Assembly: GCA_024346625.1 (NCBI GenBank)
Contig: AP024667.1
Coordinates: forward strand, 1,426,001-1,490,000
Direction: 5' to 3'
Source: Williopsis jadinii
Lineage: Eukaryota
Length of the DNA: 64,000 nucleotides
In this document: positions 57,217 to 64,000 of the stretch, in pieces
Layout of the letters: every line of letters begins with the position of its first letter
Numbering within the stretch: the first letter of the stretch is position 1
Made by a program: the position numbers and the translations under genes
The notes under the pieces: model-generated
The model's database searches: none
Told to the model about the DNA's origin: nothing
The model's input: the letters and a program-made list of their open reading frames with translations, nothing else

Positions 57217-60200
57217 ATGGCTACTGCGAAGAGAAGAAGGTCCGATGCGGACTCTAAGAAACGAGGAGCAGATCTCTCGAAGGAGGAGGATGTGAAGGAG
57301 GCCCCAAGGGCATCATCAATCTTGAAGTCCAGCGAGGTTGCATTTCCTAGAGGTGGTGCCTCTGCTCTTACTCCACTGGAGCTGAAGGAGGTTGCGAACG
57401 AAGCCACCAGGGACGTCCTGTTTGAAAATGAAAATGGGAAGAAGGATGAACAGAGACCGAGCAAGAAGAAGAAACTGGCCAAGAGCGTGAAGACGGTTGT
57501 TGACGATGACGAGCCAAAGATCTCCATCGACTCTTTGTCCTTTAAGAATCTCGTACCGGGGACTCTGGTGCTCGGGCAAATCAGCGAGATCAACCGTTGG
57601 GACATGGCGATCTCATTGGCTGACAACTTGACTGGGTATGTACCAATCACCAGTGTCTCTGCAATTGTCACAAAGCAGCTGGAAGAGATGGACGAAAGTG
57701 ATGACGATGAAAGCGATGATGATGGCGAGGGGCCAGATAAGATCACCTCGGGGAACTCCAAACAAGAGCAAATGGTTGAGCTGAGCAAATTGTTCCAAGT
57801 CGGTCAATGGGTCCGTGCTATAGTTGTGGAATCAACATCAACTTCAAACAACAAGAAGAAACAGAAGAAACGTATCCAGCTCTCAATCGAACCTGAGAGA
57901 GTAAACAAAGTCCTCGAAGATGAGGACCTTGTTGTCAATGCCACTGTCCAGGTCTCGGTTAAGACTGTTGAGGATCATGGTGCCATTCTCGATCTCGGTA
58001 AAGACGTTGGTGGCTTCATCTCCAACAAGGAGATCAAGGCTGCTGGCTTCGAACCAGAATCCTTACTCCCAGGTTCAGTTTTCCTCTCAACCATTGCAAA
58101 CAAGAACTCACGTACCATCACCGTGAAGTTGACTACAAACAAGAAGAACGTTGTCACCACGATCTCATCCGTGGACGCTGTTGTTCCTGGTAATATGGTG
58201 GAGGCCCTTGTTACTGAAGTTGAAAGAGACGGAATCGTCTCCAAAGTCTATGGAATGCTGGATTCAACGATCAGCTTAGGCCACATTGGCGTGTTCGAGA
58301 AAGATGCACTCATGCACAAATTCGCCATGGGCTCCAAGGTTAAAGCTCGTGTAGTTGCAGTGGTTCTTTCCAACGATTCCAAGAAGCTGATTCTCTCAAT
58401 GCAGCAGAACGTTCTCAACTTTGGTGCCCCACAGACCTCTGATGCTCTTGCAGCTTTCCCTATCGGTCATGTTTTCGACGATGTTGAGGTCAAGGGACAC
58501 GATTCTCAGTACATCTACGTCAAGATTGGTGGTGATAGACTGGGTCAGGTCCATATCTCGAGAATTGACAACACCAAGTCCAACCTGGAAACCTTCTATG
58601 CAGCAGGATCAAAGCATCCAGCTAGAATTGTTGGATTCTCTGCATTTGACAACTACTACACGCTGACCTTTGACCCTGCTTTGATCAAACAGAAGTATCT
58701 GAGACCTCAAGACATCCCACTCGGCGATGCTGTGCTTGTTGAAATCTTGAGTGTTTCTGAGCAAGGGATGAAAGTCAAAGTGTTTGATAAGTTCGAGGCC
58801 ACTGTTCCAGCTTCTCATATGAGTGATATCAAACTCATATACCCAGAGAGAAAGTTCAAGATTGGCTCTAAAGTCAAGGGAAGAATCCTAGACGTGACGC
58901 AACACAAGCATGAAATCATTGTCACTTTGAAGAAATCTCTTGTTGGGATTGAGAACGTTGTTACCTCCATTGAAACTGCCACCGTTGGCGAGAGAACATC
59001 TGCTACCGTTGTGTCTTTCAACCCAAGTGGTGCTATTGTTGCCTTTTTTGGTCGCTTGAAGGCTTTCTTGCCAAAGTCTGAGATTTCAGAAACGTTTGTA
59101 AAGAAGCCAGAAGACTATTTGCGTCTTGGTCAAACCATTGCGGTCAGAATTACATCAGTCGACAAGGATTCCCACAGATTGACCGTCAGTTGCAGATTGT
59201 CTGCAGAGATTACTGAAGCCCAGAAGACTGCCTTGTCAGAGCTCGTTCCAGGCCAATCGATTATCAAAGTTCAGGTTGTTGAGAAGACCAAAGATTCTAT
59301 TGTTGTTGAAGCAGCTGGCAGCAACATTAAGGGTGTTATCTTTGCAGGCCATCTGTCAGATGGTAACTTTGAACAGAACCGTGCTGCTTTGAAAAGAACT
59401 GAAGTTGGTTCCACCATTGAAGGTCTGGTTCTAGCTAGAGATGCACGTTCAAGAATGTTCAACATGACCCTCAAGAAGTCCTTGATTCAAGGTGCTCAGG
59501 CTGGTATTCTGCCATCCAAATACAAAGATATCAAGGTTTCTGACGAATTCATTCCAGGATACATCAAGTCGATCAATGATAAGGGAATCTTTATTGCATT
59601 TGGTGGTAAGCTCATTGGTTTGGTTCTCGCAAAGTATGCCACTGACAAACCAGTGGATGATTTGAACTCAGTCTTCTACGTGAACCAATCCGTTTCCGTG
59701 AGAGTGCTTAGAGTGGATGATGAAAACAAGAGATTCTTGTTAACGTTCAAGGAGAACAGTGCCAGTGCAGGTGTTAAAGCTGTGAACCCAGTTGACAGCT
59801 CCGTTAAGTCAATTGAAGATTTGAAGCCAGGCAAAGTCATCAATGTTAGCATTAAGAATGTGAAGCAAACACACCTCAACGTCCAAATTGCAGATAACAT
59901 CCAAGGCCGTGTCGACATCTCGGAGATCTTTGAGAAATATGATGATATTAAGGACCCAAGACATCCATTGTGTCAATTCAAGAAGGGTGATGTATTGAAG
60001 GTTAAAGTCATTGGTTTCCACGATGCTCGTAACCATAAATTCTTGCCAATTACGCATAAGAAATCAAGACAAACAATAATAGAATTGAGTGCAAAGAAAT
60101 CCGACATTGAGAGTGACTCCTTCAAAGTTTTGGGAATCCAGGATATTCAAATTGGTTCAGAGTACCTTGCATTCATCAACAACTCTGCCAATGGACAATT

Positions 60201-62340
60201 CTTTGTTTCTTTGTCACCAGCTGCAAAGGGAAAAATCTCCTATATTAACACGTTTGACAACGCTGCTCTGCTCCAAGATATTGACGAGGCTTATCCAATT
60301 GGATGTGCTCTTAAGGCCACAGTCAAGTCCATTGACGTCGAACACAACGCACTCACTTTGACTTGTCGCTCGAATGCCATCGCCAGTATCGAGGATGTCA
60401 AGACTGGCATGAACATCCCAGCCCGTGTCTTCAAGGTATCTGAAACGTTTGTCCTTGTTGAACTTGCTGAGAAGATTACTGCGATTTCGTTCATCACCGA
60501 TGCTTTGAATGACTACACGAAGAAACTTTCAGATGTGTTTGAGAAGAACGATATCGTTGCTGCTTCTGTGTTGGAAGTTGATACTTCAAGCAACAAGATT
60601 TATGTGTCGTTGCGTAACGACAAGGCATCTGACAAGTTGATTAGAAGCTCCAGCGACTTGAAACAAGGTGATGTGGTTCGTGGTTTTGTTCAAAATGTCA
60701 CTGATAAGGGCCTCTTCATTGCCATTGGTCGTACCGTCACTGCTTATGTTGCAGTTCGTAACATCTCCGACTCCTTTATCAAAGACTGGAAGAAGTTTTA
60801 CAAATTACACCAACCAGTCATCGGTAAAGTTGTCACAGCTGATAGCGAAGGTCACGTTTTTATGACTTTGAAAGAATCTGAGGTTAACGGTGAGCTCAAC
60901 ATTCTTAAGCGTTTCGAAGATTTACAGGTTGGTGATATCTTCGAAGGTTCAGTTAAGAGAATCACAGACTTTGGTGTTTTCGTTAAGCTCGATGGTACCT
61001 TGAACCTCAGTGGTCTGTGTCACCGTTCTGAAATCTCTGACAACCAAGTTCAAAACCTGAAGGCATTGTTCGGTGAAGGTGACCGTGTTAAGGTCAAGGT
61101 CCTTTCTTTGGATAAGGAGAAGAAACAGATGTCTTTGGGTATGAAGGCCTCATACTTCCAAGAAGATGTCGAGATGGAGGATGTTGACGAGGAAGCCGAA
61201 GTCGAATCCGACAACGAAGAGGTGGTGAATGAAGATACCGAAGTTGGAGACGCTGCTTCCGATGAAGACGACGAAGTTGACTTTGACAACAGTGCCTTTG
61301 ACGGTCAAGATCAAGACGAAAGTGACAGTGACGACGATGATGATGATGAGGGGGAACAAAACGGCTTGTCTGGTCTCACTACAAACGGTTTTGATTGGAC
61401 AGCTTCTATCTTGGATCAAGTCCAGGATGATGAGTCCAGTGACGAAGAAGACTTCACTGAGATTAGAACGAAGAAGAAGAAGAGATCTAAGGCTGTTGTT
61501 GAAGACACTACTGGTGATATCAACTCCAAGGCACCACAATCTGTTGCTGATTTCGAGAGATTGATCATTGGTAACCCTAACTCATCCATCGTTTGGATGA
61601 ACTACATGTCTTTCCAACTTCAGCTCAGTGAAATCGAAAAGGCACGTGAGATTGGTGAACGTGCACTGAAGACAATCAACTACCGTGAAGAACAAGAGAA
61701 ACTGAACATCTGGATTGCACTTCTCAACTTGGAGAACACTTTCGGTACCGAAGAGACCCTTGAAGATGTTTTCAAGCGTGCCAATGAATACATGGAGCCA
61801 TTGGTTATCCACCAAAAGATGGTTAGCATCTACATCCTATCTGAGAAGTACGCTAAGGCCGAGGCACTGTTCAAAGTCATGTGTAAGAAGTTCGGCAAGA
61901 GCTCAACTTCAATCTGGGTGAGCTATGGGTCATTCTTGCTGGGCCGTGGTGAAAACGAAAAGGCCCATGAAGTTCTTGCCAACGCACTGAACGTGCTTCC
62001 AAAGCGTGATCACATTGAAGTTGTTCGCAAGTTTGCCCAACTGGAATTCACCATTGGTGATCCAGAACAAGGTAGAACGTTGTTTGAAGGGCTGATTGCG
62101 GACGTTCCAAAGCGTATTGACTTGTGGAATGTCTACATCGATCAGGAGATGAAGAAGAACGAAAAGAAGAAGGTTGAAGATCTGTTTGAGAGAGTGTTTA
62201 CCAAGAAGGTCACTCGTAAGCAGGCCAAGTTCTTCTTCGCCAAATGGCTCGCATTCGAGGAGAAATGTGATGATGGAAAGGCTGTTGATTACGTCAAGGC
62301 AAAGGCACAGGAGTTTGTGCAAAAGAACGACAAGGAGTAG
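57217..62340 (+). CDS. RRP5: rRNA biogenesis protein Rrp5
   Basis: FPRGGASALTPLE, multiple S1 repeats and C-terminal TPR/HAT repeats; 1707 aa. Confidence 0.96.
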   Translation: MATAKRRRSDADSKKRGADLSKEEDVKEAPRASSILKSSEVAFPRGGASALTPLELKEVANEATRDVLFENENGKKDEQRPSKKKKLAKSVKTVVDDDEPKISIDSLSFKNLVPGTLVLGQISEINRWDMAISLADNLTGYVPITSVSAIVTKQLEEMDESDDDESDDDGEGPDKITSGNSKQEQMVELSKLFQVGQWVRAIVVESTSTSNNKKKQKKRIQLSIEPERVNKVLEDEDLVVNATVQVSVKTVEDHGAILDLGKDVGGFISNKEIKAAGFEPESLLPGSVFLSTIANKNSRTITVKLTTNKKNVVTTISSVDAVVPGNMVEALVTEVERDGIVSKVYGMLDSTISLGHIGVFEKDALMHKFAMGSKVKARVVAVVLSNDSKKLILSMQQNVLNFGAPQTSDALAAFPIGHVFDDVEVKGHDSQYIYVKIGGDRLGQVHISRIDNTKSNLETFYAAGSKHPARIVGFSAFDNYYTLTFDPALIKQKYLRPQDIPLGDAVLVEILSVSEQGMKVKVFDKFEATVPASHMSDIKLIYPERKFKIGSKVKGRILDVTQHKHEIIVTLKKSLVGIENVVTSIETATVGERTSATVVSFNPSGAIVAFFGRLKAFLPKSEISETFVKKPEDYLRLGQTIAVRITSVDKDSHRLTVSCRLSAEITEAQKTALSELVPGQSIIKVQVVEKTKDSIVVEAAGSNIKGVIFAGHLSDGNFEQNRAALKRTEVGSTIEGLVLARDARSRMFNMTLKKSLIQGAQAGILPSKYKDIKVSDEFIPGYIKSINDKGIFIAFGGKLIGLVLAKYATDKPVDDLNSVFYVNQSVSVRVLRVDDENKRFLLTFKENSASAGVKAVNPVDSSVKSIEDLKPGKVINVSIKNVKQTHLNVQIADNIQGRVDISEIFEKYDDIKDPRHPLCQFKKGDVLKVKVIGFHDARNHKFLPITHKKSRQTIIELSAKKSDIESDSFKVLGIQDIQIGSEYLAFINNSANGQFFVSLSPAAKGKISYINTFDNAALLQDIDEAYPIGCALKATVKSIDVEHNALTLTCRSNAIASIEDVKTGMNIPARVFKVSETFVLVELAEKITAISFITDALNDYTKKLSDVFEKNDIVAASVLEVDTSSNKIYVSLRNDKASDKLIRSSSDLKQGDVVRGFVQNVTDKGLFIAIGRTVTAYVAVRNISDSFIKDWKKFYKLHQPVIGKVVTADSEGHVFMTLKESEVNGELNILKRFEDLQVGDIFEGSVKRITDFGVFVKLDGTLNLSGLCHRSEISDNQVQNLKALFGEGDRVKVKVLSLDKEKKQMSLGMKASYFQEDVEMEDVDEEAEVESDNEEVVNEDTEVGDAASDEDDEVDFDNSAFDGQDQDESDSDDDDDDEGEQNGLSGLTTNGFDWTASILDQVQDDESSDEEDFTEIRTKKKKRSKAVVEDTTGDINSKAPQSVADFERLIIGNPNSSIVWMNYMSFQLQLSEIEKAREIGERALKTINYREEQEKLNIWIALLNLENTFGTEETLEDVFKRANEYMEPLVIHQKMVSIYILSEKYAKAEALFKVMCKKFGKSSTSIWVSYGSFLLGRGENEKAHEVLANALNVLPKRDHIEVVRKFAQLEFTIGDPEQGRTLFEGLIADVPKRIDLWNVYIDQEMKKNEKKKVEDLFERVFTKKVTRKQAKFFFAKWLAFEEKCDDGKAVDYVKAKAQEFVQKNDKE

Positions 62341-62586
62341 TTGGAGGAAGCCCAGTAAGAAGAAGAGAAGAAGGTGTCCACATGGCTACTTGGCTTGTGA
62401 CCTTCCGTGTACATTAGTTGAACATATTAATACAAGTGTTTTCTGTTAACATGAGGCTTGTTTGTGTAGTGCAAAGGTGAGTACGAATGGCACAAAGCCA
62501 GCTTCTATAGTAAAGCGTGAGTGTGTGTATTCTGCTTTGTGAGATCTCCTATGTTGATGACTGGAAGCACAACGGGAGTGAAGATA

Positions 62587-63441
62587 ATGGACAGTAGAAT
62601 CAAGCTGTGGCTTAGTTGCTTGATAATCATAAGCGTATCGCTGGTTGTATACCATGCTGTTCATGAGGAAAGGCCGGCTGGTCTAGTGGAGAGGTCTCCG
62701 AGTCTACGAGAGTTGATTGAGTGTGTTGATGTATCAGACCATTGGAAGTGTCTCTCGAGATACAGAAGCGGAGTCATAGCTGAGCTCTTCCCCAATGCCG
62801 ATAATAAACATCATCACCTCCACGGGTGAGTCTGTCTTGTTGCAGTACACCAGAGGAGCCATATTAACGCCGTTCTTAGCTGTCTAAACGAGCTTCGACA
62901 GGTACATTCGAGCTCGTTGATGGGGTTCCAGTTGTCAGAATGCCTACACCTCGACATGAGCGAACAGCCCCAGACTGCGAGAAGGGCGACACCACGAGCC
63001 GTAGTGCTCTCCGTGGCTGCTGGCATACTACTACTGGTGCTCTGCCTGTTCTTGTCTATTGAATGGCTTATTGGAGAAGAGTACACAGCAGCAGCCATCC
63101 AAGATGAGGAACCACTGCTGGCTGAAGACCTAAACCACAGCGCCGTCAAAGACCCCATCAGCGCTGTAAAAGGCGAAGAGGAGAGCTCCTCCAGCTTGAT
63201 TATCAACTTAGAATCACCAACAACAGGCACGCTTACAAACAACTCACTGCCCACAGCAGCTGGCCGCCAGCAACACGCTCATCACAAGACCTACAAGGGC
63301 CCTACGCCGTCAGCATTGCACTTTCCACAGTATAACAAAGACGGCAAGAAGCATCGTAGGATCTTCATTCCAGGACGTGGGTGGATGCATCGCAAGCAGT
63401 TGGAGCTGGAGCAGAGGACCTTAGCTGAAATGCTCAACTGA
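62587..63441 (+). CDS. Hypothetical membrane protein; exons 62587-62825 and 62880-63441
   Basis: GTGAGT donor at 62826, TATTAAC branch and TAG at 62879 join ORFs 62521..62829 and 62917..63441 in frame; two hydrophobic segments flank a Cys-containing loop. Confidence 0.6.
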
Positions 63442-63588
63442 CGAACTGTTTCCTTTCTCGGTTTGTGTCACTTTGCTGTGTTGTAGTTTTTCTGTTTTGT
63501 ACTCGGCCCACACCGCGGGTTTAAGCATCAACATCAACATCAACATCAACGGCCTTGATCTCGTTCCCTTCGCAAGAACGTACCAAGG

Positions 63589-64000
63589 ATGCCGCCGAGA
63601 TACCACGTCTCTGTTGATATCGAGGGCTTGACTACAAACCATGATGCATTTGATGACGAAGAAGTGGAGACTCTTCCGCTGAGCACACCGTCATCGAGCC
63701 ATAGTACTACTCCGCGGACAGATCAGGCGGACTACCGGCTTTCGAACCTAACGGTCACTACGCTCTCAGCTGGTGAGAGTGCTACAAATGAGGATCACCA
63801 GGGGAATGGTCTCAAAGCAAGGTACCTCGGCTACGGTGTTGTCAGGTTGTTCAGGGAATACGATGTGTCCGAGGAGGTTGAGGTGGAGAGTGATGACACT
63901 ACAGTGGCGATAGTTGCCATACCTAGTTACCTATCACCAACAGATGTGCTGGCATTTGTTGGCGAATCAGTGACGAAGGACGTGTCGCATTTCCGTATGG
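63589..64000 (+). CDS. ETP1: BRAP2/Etp1 RING-finger protein, 5' part (runs off the window)
   Basis: Open frame from ATG 63589 with YLGYGVVRLFR...VAIVAIPSYLSPTDVLAFVG...VSHFRM. Confidence 0.8.
   Translation, partial: MPPRYHVSVDIEGLTTNHDAFDDEEVETLPLSTPSSSHSTTPRTDQADYRLSNLTVTTLSAGESATNEDHQGNGLKARYLGYGVVRLFREYDVSEEVEVESDDTTVAIVAIPSYLSPTDVLAFVGESVTKDVSHFRM

Overview
Budding-yeast (Saccharomycotina) chromosomal DNA. Gene content and intron style suggest a non-Saccharomyces lineage, possibly Phaffomycetaceae such as Cyberlindnera; this is inference and unconfirmed. The first ~11.4 kb is accessory. It holds an ORF-poor 3 kb, a Hyr/Iff-type GPI adhesin with 13 copies of a 159-bp repeat (frameshifted mid-array), and a decayed coding fragment with a diverged second copy at ~34.6 kb. 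It also holds a Ty3/Gypsy-like unit with an intact Gag and a +1-frame aspartic protease but no RT/RNase H/integrase or paired LTR. The rest is compact housekeeping DNA: BCP1, a CUE-CCCH-Smr protein, EAF1, GGA2, CNL1, CDC12, TRR1, a GH5 glucanase, a Zn2Cys6 factor, ABZ1, HUB1, PPG1, tRNA-Asp, SAM2, CIT3, SNF2, a WBP2-like gene, TAF7, MTF1, SPR3, PEF1, RPS6, RPS10, an Mpv17-family gene, eIF3k, RRP5, an unknown membrane protein and the 5' part of ETP1. I reconstructed 12 spliceosomal introns by hand that the ORF track misses. They show distinctive rules: 4 of 12 use AAG acceptors, none uses GTATGT, and branch-to-acceptor spacing is 11-17 nt. Gene names come from remembered similarity, not from database searches.
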